In this document: piece by piece, positions 39,434 through 49,399 of the stretch
How the letters are laid out: every line of letters starts with the position of its first letter
Position numbering within the stretch: the stretch's first letter is position 1
DNA from: Prasinococcaceae sp. CCMP 1430
Taxonomy: Eukaryota > Plantae > Prasinodermophyta
Length of the DNA stretch: 50,972 nucleotides
Assembly (NCBI GenBank): GCA_013416795.1
Contig: RQSC01001207.1
Span: 1-50,972, forward strand
Direction of reading: 5' to 3'
Position numbers and translations under genes: made by a program
Notes under the pieces: generated by a model
The model's input: the letters and a program-made list of their open reading frames with translations, nothing else
Told to the model about the DNA's origin: nothing
The model's database searches: none

Positions 39434-42010
39434 TTACAGGGGGGCGGTGTACATTGCGAGCTGTGCATGCGCCGCGGGCGACATATCGAGCGGCGCACGG
39501 GCGGCGAACGCGCGGATCGCCTCGAGCTGCGTGCGCGTGACGCGCCCTGCATCCGACGATGCCGCACGCCGCCCGGCCTCGTCATGCAGCGCGCGCGCGG
39601 CAGCAAGCAGCAGGTCGGGCAAGAGCGACTTCACGGCGGCGTGCAGCTCCGGCACCCGAGCGGCGGCCGAGTCCGCGCGGAAGGGCTCGAGGGGGAGCGG
39701 CAGGTTGTGCAGGGCCGCGAGCGCCGTCCGGTTGTCGTTGCGCGCCGAGGCGTCGAGCAGCTGCTGCGCAGCCTTGAGCGTCTTGAGCGCATCCTCCTCG
39801 GCGGACAGCTTGGGCGACGGCGTTCCATGCGCGTCAGCCTCCGCGATGATGGTTCCACCGAGGCGCAGGGCGTCATCCGCGGATCCCCCGGCGGTAGCGG
39901 TCCGCTGCGAAGCAACAGCCGCACGACGCGAGGCGCCGCTGAGAGCGTCCGCGGCGGCGTGATTTGCGAGGGCGAGCGCATTCGCGTATTCGCCCGCCGC
40001 GCGGTACAGATCGAGCGCCTTGGAGTAGGACCCGTCAGTCTCGGCGTCTGAGGCGGCGGCAGCCACGCACTGGCGGGCGCGCTCTTCGCCTCCGAGCCTG
40101 GCGGACAGAGCGCTCGATGACTCGAGCTTTCCGCGCGGCAGGAGCTTCGACAGCTTGCCGCTGCGGCGCAGGAGGTGGCGCGCGCGGCGCGCCAGGGCCT
40201 CGTTCTCGCCGAGCGCCGAGCGCTCCTTGAGGCGCTCGCCCCACGCCTCGCGGAACTCGAAGCGGTTTGCGCCGGCCTCGCCTGAGTTGTGTGTGGCGGC
40301 CTCCGCGGCAGCCGCCAGAGCGGCGTACTCAATGGCGACGTCGTCGTGGTCCGCCCCAGCGGCGGCGACCGCCCAGCCATCGAGCGCGCCCGCACAGGCC
40401 GCGCCCGCGCCGGCTGAGAGCGCGGCGACGGGGTGGCGGTGCGCCAGGACCGCCGCCACGTGAGGCGCCTCGAGCGGAAAGGCCTTGGAGACCGCCTCCG
40501 ACCTAAGCACGTCAAGCGCCTTGGTGAACTGCTGCGTGAGGAGCAGCACCATGACAAAGAGCAGCGGCTCGGTTCCGGTCTTCGTGTAGTGGTCGTCAGG
40601 CACCAACGCAAGCTGCTGGCACAGCGACGCCAGCGTGCACTCCTCCCTGAGGCCGCCGGTGGCTACCAGCGACGGCGATGGCGACTGTGGCGCCACTGCG
40701 TCCGAGTCAGCGGAACGAACGCAGGCGAGCTTGAACCACATGTAGTCCTCGATGTTTTCAAACGACTGCCCCATGGCCTGCAGCTCGCCCTCCACGCGAC
40801 TCGCGATGCCACGATCGCCAGCGAGCACAGCAAGCAGCAGCAGGTGTTCGCGCGTGCCCCTCGGTGCGGCTTGCGGGTTGGCACCGCCCGCACTGGCGGC
40901 GGCCCCGTAGGGCACGAGGGCGGCGGAGGAACGAGCAGCAGCGCGTTCGGCGAGCAGCTTGTCCGCAGCGGAGGCGGCGGCCGTCGCCGAGCTGACCGAC
41001 ACGCTCGCTGCGCCGCCCGCCGCCCACTCGCGCAGCCACTGGACGGTCTCGCCGCCGGCAGATCCGCGCAGCTCATCGGCCAGCTCGGCCGCCTCCGTGG
41101 CGTAGCCCGATCGCACGAGGAGGAACAGGCGCTCCCAGGTCGTGTCGACGCTGCTTCCAGCGCCGCCCTCAAAGTCCATGCGCTGCAGATCGCTGCCGTG
41201 CCCGACACCGCCGTGGCTGGCGTTCACGCGCAGGAAGGCGTGAACGCGGGCGAGACCTCCGCCTACGCCGCCGAGGCCAGCCTGCTCGCGGTATCTGTTG
41301 GCCCAGTCGAGCATGAGCTTGTCTTGGCCGCGCTCGAGCCAGGCGCGCGCGCCGCGCACGAGCAACATCGCGCCGCTCGCGGACCCGGCCGGCGGGGAGC
41401 CCTCCCCGAGCACGGAGGACAGCACGTCGTAGACGTAGTGCGCCGCCTGCGAGCTCCCGTGCTCGCGCGCAGCCTTGGCGAGCATCGCGGCCGCGTCGTA
41501 CTGCCTGCGCTGGTCGCGCGCGTCGTTCATCGCCTTGGCCACGGCGGCGTACGCGCCGGCCCCGCCGCCGAGGGCACTCCCACTGCCTGCGGCGCCGTGA
41601 GACACCCCCTTCATCGCCTCCCCGAACGCCGCGGACGCATCCGCGCCGTCGGCGCCCATCGCCACACGGCCGTACGCCTGCATGAGCTTGCGCTTGTCCT
41701 CCTCGAGCAGGTCCTGCAGCCGCGCCTCGACGAAGTCGTCGTAATCCTTGAGCAGCCGCTGCTCGGCGGTGAGCAGGGCGCTGCTGACGACCGACTGGTG
41801 CACCGACTCGAGGTACTTCTCGAGCGACGTGTGCTCCACCGGGAAGACGTCCTCGAAGGTGGTCTGCAGCTCCAGCCCGCGCACGTTGCGGCGCAGGCGC
41901 TCGCTGTCGAAGCCCTCCCGCGCGAGCACGCGGTCGGCCACGCCGCTCGCGACCCCCGCCGCCACGCGCTGTGGCGGCAGCTGCGCCGCCGCTCCCGTGC
42001 GCCCTAGCTG
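39434..42010 (-). CDS. NUP93: Nuclear pore protein Nup93/Nic96; first exon unresolved
   Basis: RVLAREGFDSERL...ELQTTFEDVFPVEHTSLEKYL, DTTWERLFLLVRSG, FENIEDYMWFKL and LLLTQQFTKAL match plant NUP93. Confidence 0.88.
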   Translation of the reverse strand, partial: QLGRTGAAAQLPPQRVAAGVASGVADRVLAREGFDSERLRRNVRGLELQTTFEDVFPVEHTSLEKYLESVHQSVVSSALLTAEQRLLKDYDDFVEARLQDLLEEDKRKLMQAYGRVAMGADGADASAAFGEAMKGVSHGAAGSGSALGGGAGAYAAVAKAMNDARDQRRQYDAAAMLAKAAREHGSSQAAHYVYDVLSSVLGEGSPPAGSASGAMLLVRGARAWLERGQDKLMLDWANRYREQAGLGGVGGGLARVHAFLRVNASHGGVGHGSDLQRMDFEGGAGSSVDTTWERLFLLVRSGYATEAAELADELRGSAGGETVQWLREWAAGGAASVSVSSATAAASAADKLLAERAAARSSAALVPYGAAASAGGANPQAAPRGTREHLLLLAVLAGDRGIASRVEGELQAMGQSFENIEDYMWFKLACVRSADSDAVAPQSPSPSLVATGGLREECTLASLCQQLALVPDDHYTKTGTEPLLFVMVLLLTQQFTKALDVLRSEAVSKAFPLEAPHVAAVLAHRHPVAALSAGAGAACAGALDGWAVAAAGADHDDVAIEYAALAAAAEAATHNSGEAGANRFEFREAWGERLKERSALGENEALARRARHLLRRSGKLSKLLPRGKLESSSALSARLGGEERARQCVAAAASDAETDGSYSKALDLYRAAGEYANALALANHAAADALSGASRRAAVASQRTATAGGSADDALRLGGTIIAEADAHGTPSPKLSAEEDALKTLKAAQQLLDASARNDNRTALAALHNLPLPLEPFRADSAAARVPELHAAVKSLLPDLLLAAARALHDEAGRRAASSDAGRVTRTQLEAIRAFAARAPLDMSPAAHAQLAMYTAPL

Positions 42011-42653
42011 GAGAGGGCGGCCCGCCGCCGCCGCCGCCGCCTTTTTTCCGCGCGAAAACACAAACACACGGGAAAAAACGGGAGATTGTAAGCAGGTGCC
42101 ACCGTTCGGTTTGATGAGAGGTCAAAATGCACCCGATCGCGCGCGCGCGCGCGCGCACGCGGCCGCCCTAGCTGAGGTGCACACGAAGGGGGGGCGGGCC
42201 ATGGCCAGGATTAAATACAACGATGGCGATGAGGAGGAGATGTGCGTGCGCTGCATCGTTGGTGCCAAGCGGGAGTGTCAGGCGTGCAAGAAGGACGCTG
42301 CGAAACAAGGGTCTTAAAAGTGGGCATGTTCGCGCGGTGCGCCTATTGCGCTGAGCGAGCGCGGCCCGCTCCGCGTGCTCCCGCTATCGTGACTCGGCCG
42401 TGGTTGGGTCAGCTTCTCGTCGCTCCCAAGCTGGGCGGCGTAAGCATCGACAAAATGCTGCGCGACGAAGTGTGGGAGGACCTGAACAAGGCCTTGCAGT
42501 GCCCTGACTGCCATCGCAAAGCGGGCAACGTCTTCGACAAGGTGCGGCGCCGTGGCGCCGCCGCCGGAGGCGACCGCCCAGGCGCTCGCTGAGGCGATTT
42601 TTTTGCCCGTGCCCCTGGCCTCTTGCCCGCGCTCCCCCTCCTTCCCCGCCGCC

Positions 42654-45600
42654 ATGGACAACGCCCGGGCGGCGGAGAGGAGGGGGAGCGCACGCAAGAG
42701 GCCAGGGGCATCGGGCCGCCGCCTGCGGGACGGGGCCTCACGCGGCGCGGGCGGCGCGTCGGCGCCGCCGAGCTCCATGTCAACGCAATCATCTACGCGC
42801 ACCGCGAGGAGCCTTCCGCGCGCGCCCGCCGCGCCCGAGGTCAAATCGCAAGTATCGCACCCCGTGTTTTCGTTCGCCCCATCTGCTCCCATTGCCATCC
42901 GACGGAAGATCTGCCGAAATCCGCATTCTTCCGCAGATTGGATTTTTCCCCCGCCGCGAGGCGCCGCGCCCGCCCCCCACGGCGGGCGCGCGCTGCGCGG
43001 CGGCGTGCCGCGCGACGTTGGCGACGGACGGCGCGTGCCTGTGCGCTCTCGCGCCGCGGGTGGGATCGTGGCGTAAGGAGGGGCTGTGGAAGCGCGTGCC
43101 CGACAGCGTGACGTCGCTCGGGCCAGACCCGGGGGCGGCGCTGCACGCCGCGCCGGGTAGTGCTAATGGCAACGCGAAGGTGCGCTTGTGCTATGCCTGG
43201 GTATCTGTGCACGTTCTCTGCGCGCGCGGGCGCGGGCGTGCGCGATTGCTCCAGGTTGGATCGAGCGTGGTGGATGCTCACGCGCGCGCTCACTCGCGCA
43301 CGCACGCACACGCACTGCCAACGACGAGCAGGCCAACGGCAAGCGGCCAAACAACGCCAACGCGCCCGCCGGCATGCGCAACCTCGGCGCGACGTGCTAC
43401 GTGGCGGCGGTGCTGCAGTGCCTCTATGCGCTGCGGCCATTCCGCGCGGGCGTGTATACTATCGGCGAGAGCGAGGGCTGGGGCGAGGGCCGAGGGGACG
43501 AGGGGGAGGGCGAGGGCAGCGATGGCGCGGGGGGCAGCGGCGGTACGCGCGCCATAACCGCCGCCGGCAGCGTGCTCCCACGCCTGCGCTCGCTTTTCGC
43601 GCGGCTGCAGCTGGGCGGATTGCGCTTCGTAGACCCGATGGAGCTCGTGCGCGCCCTGCAGCTCGATCGTGACGTGCAACAGGATGGTCACGAGTTCATG
43701 AAGCTGCTGCTGGGCCTGCTCGAGCGCCACCTCGCGGCGGCGAACGGCGGCCCTTATGCATCGGCCGCGCCGGACACAAACACACGCGGCTCATTCATCG
43801 CGGGGCTCTTCTCCGGGCTGCATGCATACCGCACGCAATGTCTCACGTGCGGTCGAGCGAGCGAGGCCTCGCGAGCTGCGGTGGAGCTCGCCGAGCTCGA
43901 GCTCAACGTGCAGGGGTTTAAGACGCTCGAGGAGAGCCTCGACGACTGGTGCGCCAAGGAGACGCTCGACGGCGACAACAGGTTCCACTGCGATCACTGC
44001 GGCTCCAAGCAGCCAGCCACACGCGGCGCCGAGCTGTACGCGGCGCCGCCCGCGCTCTGCGTGCAGCTGAAGCGATTCGTCTTCGACCTGCAGACGCTCT
44101 CGCGCAAGAAGGTCACCTCGTTGATCACCGCGCCGCTCGAGCTCGACCTGGCGAGGTGGATCACGCCCGTTCCGGCCGACATGGTGCCTGCGGACGCCGA
44201 GCGCGCGCGGCGCGTGTGCGCCGACGCTGAGGCGCTCGCCGCGACCGTCGCCACGGGCGCAGCGGGCGGCAAGGGGGCCACGAGGGATGCCGGCGCCCCC
44301 GCGCCGCCCGCGAAGCGCCAGAAAGGCGCCTCCTCAGCGTCTTCGAAATCTCCGTGGGTGTACGATCTGCACGCGGTGCTCCTCCACAAGGGTGGCGGCA
44401 CCGCCTCGGGCCACTACGTCGCGCAGGTGCGCCATGCGAATAGCGGCGACTGGTGGCAATTTGACGATGAGGGGGTGAGCCGCCTGGGATCGCACCTCAC
44501 CACCGCCGACGTGTGCGCGGCGCCCAAGGGCAAGGGCAAGAGGGCCGCGAACGCGCCACCGCCGGCGGGCGCGGGGGGCGGCAAGGGCGCCCGCGTGTCG
44601 TCGTCGCAGGCGTACATGCTCATGTACGTGCGCCGTGGTGCCAACGATGGCCCCGAGCCGCAGCCGCCCGCAAGCGTGGCGTCCGAGGTGCAGGCCGAAG
44701 CGCGTGTGATGGAGGCTGAGCGCTCTGCCCACGCGAGGAGGGTCGCCGACGAACGCGCCGCGGTGGAAGCGCGGCGGGAGGAGGTGCGGCGCGTGCTCGC
44801 GGCGGCGAGGCTGCCGCTCGACGCGGCACCAGACGCCCCCTTCCGCTGGGTGGCCACGGAGTGGCTGCGCAAGTGGGCGGACGGCGTGGACGCGCCGGGC
44901 GCGATCGACAATGCGGGCCTCCTGTGCAAGCACGGCAAGGTCCCACCGAGCGCGGTCCCACGCATGCGCCGCATCACTGTCGAGGCGTGGCGCACGCTGC
45001 AACGCGCGCACGGCGGCGGGCCAGAGCTGTGCCTGGATGATCGGTGCACCGAGTGCATGGCGGCCGCGTCGAGCGCGGCCCTCGCAGAACGAGCACGCGG
45101 CTCGGACGCCGCAACGGCGGCGGCACAGGTTGAGAGGCTGCTGAAGAGCTCGGGTATACCCGAGGCGGTGCCTGCGAAAGCGGGCGCCGCGGAATCGGCG
45201 GTCGTTGACCTCACCGAGGGCGGGCCCGCGCTCGTCACCCAGGGATTCTTCGTCACCAAACGTTGGGCCAAGGCGTGGGTCCGGCAGGTGGGAGGCGGGA
45301 AGGCGCTCGGCGCGGACGCCCCTTGCGAGGGGCTGTTGTGCGAGCACGGCCACCTCGCACCCCGCGGGCCGCCCAGGTTGCTCTTGCCGGCGCCGCTGTG
45401 GAAGCAGGTGAGGGCGCTCATGCCCGCTCGCGGCGAGGCCGAGCGCGGGCCCTCGACACAGGGCGTGCAGATCGCCTCGGAGGTCGCATCCGACACGACG
45501 GAGTGTCCCCTGTGTGCGGCTTCCGTCGCTTCAGCTGATGCCCTGGCAATGAGCGCCGCTGCTACCGCAGCTGCGGAGCGGGAGAGGGCGCCCGGCGTTG

Positions 45601-46505
45601 CCGCTGGCAAGCCGGCGCACATCAACGTGACAGGGAGCGGCGCGCAGTCGTGCGTGCTGCTCCCCGGCGCGTGGGTGGATCAATGGCGCGCCTACCTCTC
45701 CTCTGCGGCCGCTGCGAGGCACGACGTGCCTCCTCTGGATCGGCCGCGACCATTCGACTACTCGAAGATGTTGTGCACGCACGGAGGGCTAATGGTCAAG
45801 CCGCCGCCGCTCGTGGTGCGCAAAGGGGGCTACGCGGCGCCGAGCAAGGCCAGCGCGGGTGAGGGCGGGCGGGGCGCGCTGGCTGCTGTGGCTGAAGTGG
45901 AGGCCGAGGCGCTCGCGGAGCTTTACCCGCCGCCGGAACAGCAGCAAAGGGAGCTCGTGCGCGCGAAGGTTGAGGTGGTCGTCGACGTCGCCGAGGAAGG
46001 AGCGGCCGCGCAGGAGCAGACCGCGCTGGTGTGCTCGCCCGCGGTGTGCATGACCTGCTTGTGCCTGGCTACCGAAGAGGACACCACACGCCGCGCCACC
46101 TTCGCCGTGGCCAGGCTTCGCTTCCGCATGATCCCCGCGGACAAGTACGCGATCGCTGAGCAGGCACCCGACCCCGCGATGAGGGCCACGAAGCGGCGGC
46201 GTGCGCGTAAGCTGACGGTCACGCTCGACGTCGGGTCCGCCCTGACGCTGGGGGAGCTCTCACTGGCCATCATGGCCGAGACGAACGTCAATCCGCGGGA
46301 CCAGCGGCTCCTCAAGGACGGCGTCGAGCTCAAGGGTGCCGGCAGGACGCTCTTCGACTGCAGGGTCACGCCTGAGAGCGAGCTCGAGGTCGTCTACACT
46401 GAGGATCACCAGGGCAACGAGGACCTGGTCGACTTGCTTGACAGCGGCGCGCAGGGCGGCGGCAAGCTCGAGCGCGGGTTCGCCGGCACTGCGCTCACTC
46501 AGTGA
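42654..46505 (+). CDS. UBP26: Ubiquitin-specific protease USP48/UBP26 with DUSP and C-terminal ubiquitin-like domains; intron 43180-43331; 5' exons uncertain
   Basis: CLCALAP...GLWKRV...SLGPDP N-terminal segment; Cys box GMRNLGATCY; QQDGHEF; His box HKG...SGHY and WWQFDD; DUSP-like WLRKW...IDNAGLLCKHG; UBL domain and terminal ERGFAGTAL. Confidence 0.9.
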
Positions 46506-47181
46506 GGACCTTGGCTCGCGCTGGGCGCCTGACGGACCTTCGTTCGTCTGTATACTATGGTGGTACCATATCGTCTTTGTATCATTGCTACTTTTGTACA
46601 TGTACACCTTGCTATCTCTAGCTAGAGTAGAGCTCTCTCTCTCTAGCTATGGCCCCGCCTTCCCGAACATCCACTGGCTTGTGTCGCCCGTCGACGAGCG
46701 GAACAACACCAGCAGCCAAACACACGCACCCGCGAGTGCGGCGACAGTGTACGTCCACCTTGCTGACTCGTACACGTTAGCTACGTACCAAAGTGCAGAG
46801 AGTGCGAGGAGGGGGAGGGAGCGCGCCCGCGAGGAGAGGGGTGAAGGATGGCGCGCAGCATGAGCGAGTAGCGGGGTTCCGTGGGGTCAGCAGCGGTGTC
46901 GGCGACATTGCGTGTGGAGACGCCGCACGCGCGGCAAGCTCAGCCCCAAAAGCACACGCGCGCGGCCACCAAGCGCGCGCGCGCCCCCGACGCGCGCTGG
47001 CCAGCGCAGTCCGGCGTCTGCACGTGCGCGCTCGCGCGCTCGCTCGCGCGCGGGAAGGCGCGAGAGAGAGAGAGTGGCGCCACATCCGTCGCGTCGCTGA
47101 CGCACCGAAGAGCGGCACGCCTTCCTTGGAGCTCATCGCGCGCCCGGCGCCCGGCGTGCGAGCGCGCGCGGGGGACGGGTA

Positions 47182-47207
47182 GGGGGGGGGGGGGGGGGGG
47201 GGGGGGG
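47182..47207 (+). repeat. G26 homopolymer
   Basis: Direct count; lies 20 bp from an N, so the length may be unreliable. Confidence 0.8.
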
Positions 47208-47409
47208 ACCTTTCCCCCGTGCAGGCNCGAGCGTGACCGCGCCCCGACTGGCGCCCCGACCCGGGTCGTTTCCCACACGACAATTCGTTTCGCAAAAAAA
47301 AGCAGCGCAGCGCGCGCGCTTTAACAGCCTCGCATGGTGGGCGCGGCGCCACACCGCGCGCGGGGAGGAGGGGGGGGAGGGAGGCGAGGGGCATTGGCGG
47401 CGCATCGCA

Positions 47410-49338
47410 ATGGCCTCCCGCGCGGCCGTGCGGCCCCTGCCGCGGCTGGCCCGCGCGCCGGAGCAGCAGCAGCGCGGCCGCGAGAGGCGGCAACGCGGCA
47501 GGCCCGGGGTGGCGAGGCGCGCGCGGCAGCAGGCCGCGTCCGGCGCGAGCGCCGCGGACGGGAGTCCGGCCACTCCGGCAGGCAGCACGCCCTTTGGTAT
47601 CGAGCAGTCTGGCTCTCTCGCGCGCTGCACACCCGTCGTGCCGCCCGAAGTCGTCGGTGTTGACGTGATCGTGATCGGCGGTGGGCCTGTGGGCATGGAG
47701 GTGGCCAGTTTGGCGCGCGGCCTCGGCAAGAGGGTGCTCGTAGCGGAAGTGCGCGGCTGCCTGCTGGCGGCACCTACTGCGACGGCCTCGAAGGCGCTCC
47801 GCGAGGCCTCTTGTCGCCTAGGCGCGCCGGACGGTTCGCGTCGCGTGCCGTGGGGAGACGTTCAGGCGGAGGTCAACGCCGCGATCGCCCGTGCGGTCGA
47901 CCTGACAGAGAGGCGAGGCTTCGCGGGCGCCAAACCAAAGAGGATCGACGTCGCCGCGGCTCCCCATTCCGCGCCTTCCCCGTCGGAGCCCGGGCCAGAG
48001 TCGTTGCAGATGGCGTCACCACGCTCGCGCGGCTCAGTGTGCGTCGTAGCGACGCGCGCGCGCTTTGCGGAGGGCGGAAGTGGTGACGTCCTTTTGGAAT
48101 ACGCAGGCACTGGTTCCGGTCTCACGCCGTGGGGCGGCGCCGTGCCCTGCACCGTGCGCGCGCCGTTGGTCTTCCTGGCCACCGGCTCGCACGCGGCCCG
48201 TCCAAGCGTGCTCCCATGGGACAGTGCGGACGCCCGCGGATGGCTTTTCGATTCAGACTCGGTGGCCAACCCCGCGAGCAACCTCGGCTTTGTGCCAGAG
48301 GATCTGGTCGTCCATGGCGGTGGAATGATCGGCACTGAGTACGCCGCCATCATGAGAGGACTAGGCGCGCGGGTGACCCTTGTCTGCCGCGAGGACGAGC
48401 TGTTGGTAGAGCAGCAGGTAGACGAGGACGTGGTCGTTGCGATCAGGCGACGGATGGAGAGTCTTGGCATCGACGTGCGTCTCGCGCAGGACATCGTCGC
48501 AGCCATCCCTCCGAACCGGTCAGGCGGTGACTCACGAGGAAGCGTGCGGCTCACGAGTGGGGACGAGCTGAAGTGCGACGCACTCCTCTCTTGCGTCGGT
48601 CGTGTAGGCACGAGCGAGCAGCTCGGGTTGGATTCCGTCGGCCTGCACGCGAATGGAGACGGCAAGATTGAAGTCGATTCTTCGATGTGCTGCGGCATCC
48701 TGAGCCGCGAGGTGGAGGAGGGTGCCAGTGGTGGGGTGTCCACCACTGCGGTGTACGCCATCGGCGACTTAGCAGCGAACGCGCCCATCGAACCGGTGGG
48801 AATCTCGTCGACCGGGCTCGCCCAGGCGCACCTGGCGTTGCGTAGGGCGCTTGAGTCGGAGTTCGAGCTCGCGCACCCCAAGTGGCCCCGGCACATCGTG
48901 CGAGCCCCACCGGTCATGATATGGACAGAGCCTACAATTGCGTTCGTTGGAATGTCGGCGGCTCGCGCGGTCGAGCTGCATGGCGAGGCCGAGGTGGGCT
49001 CCGAGATCGTGCACTTCAATGAGACGACGCCGAGCATCACGCACCCGATCGAAGGCTTCTTAAAGCTCGTGTACCGCGTGGCCGACGGGCGCGTGCTCGG
49101 CGTGCACGTTGTGGGCAACGCGGCGGAGGAGATCATCCACCATGCCGCCGTCCTGGTCAACGCCAACGGCTACGACTCCATTTATTGCCTCATCGCAGAG
49201 GTGCCGGCGGGGCACACCTACTCGGAGGCCTTTCGCATCGCGGCCGTACGCGCGGCGGAGCGCGTGGAGGATTGCGTTGACTCGGTCGGCATGCCGCGAG
49301 CGCAGCACGAATGGGCGGGGCAGTGGCTCGACGAGTGA
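47410..49338 (+). CDS. Flavoprotein pyridine nucleotide-disulfide oxidoreductase, soluble transhydrogenase (SthA/UdhA)-like, with a transit-peptide-like N-terminus
   Basis: DVIVIGGGPVG (FAD); SKALREA with no CxxxxC; ATGS; FDSDSV; GGGMIGTEYAAIMRGLG; GRVG...LGLDSVGL; VYAIGD; IWTEPTIAFVG; FLKLVY...LGVHVVG...EIIH; TYSEAFRIAA. Confidence 0.75.
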   Translation: MASRAAVRPLPRLARAPEQQQRGRERRQRGRPGVARRARQQAASGASAADGSPATPAGSTPFGIEQSGSLARCTPVVPPEVVGVDVIVIGGGPVGMEVASLARGLGKRVLVAEVRGCLLAAPTATASKALREASCRLGAPDGSRRVPWGDVQAEVNAAIARAVDLTERRGFAGAKPKRIDVAAAPHSAPSPSEPGPESLQMASPRSRGSVCVVATRARFAEGGSGDVLLEYAGTGSGLTPWGGAVPCTVRAPLVFLATGSHAARPSVLPWDSADARGWLFDSDSVANPASNLGFVPEDLVVHGGGMIGTEYAAIMRGLGARVTLVCREDELLVEQQVDEDVVVAIRRRMESLGIDVRLAQDIVAAIPPNRSGGDSRGSVRLTSGDELKCDALLSCVGRVGTSEQLGLDSVGLHANGDGKIEVDSSMCCGILSREVEEGASGGVSTTAVYAIGDLAANAPIEPVGISSTGLAQAHLALRRALESEFELAHPKWPRHIVRAPPVMIWTEPTIAFVGMSAARAVELHGEAEVGSEIVHFNETTPSITHPIEGFLKLVYRVADGRVLGVHVVGNAAEEIIHHAAVLVNANGYDSIYCLIAEVPAGHTYSEAFRIAAVRAAERVEDCVDSVGMPRAQHEWAGQWLDE

Positions 49339-49399
49339 GCCCGGGGGCAAGCGCGCGCCCTCGGTAATATTATTATTATATCCGCGCGCGTGCCCTCGG

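Noticed and set aside
42050-42057. Isolated E2F-like GCGCGAAA words (also about 4666-4673)
   Set aside because: Expected by chance in CG-rich DNA, and both lie in probable introns.
710-43331. Introner-type repeated introns as in Micromonas
   Set aside because: Apart from the short (GC)n-ACGC motif reported above, the identified introns share no extended similarity by eye.
47410-49338. Mercuric reductase (MerA) completing a mer system with the MerT/HMA gene
   Set aside because: Tempting given the MerT-like gene, but the protein lacks the active-site CxxxxC, the N-terminal HMA domain and the C-terminal Cys-Cys pair required by MerA. It is also 18 kb away.
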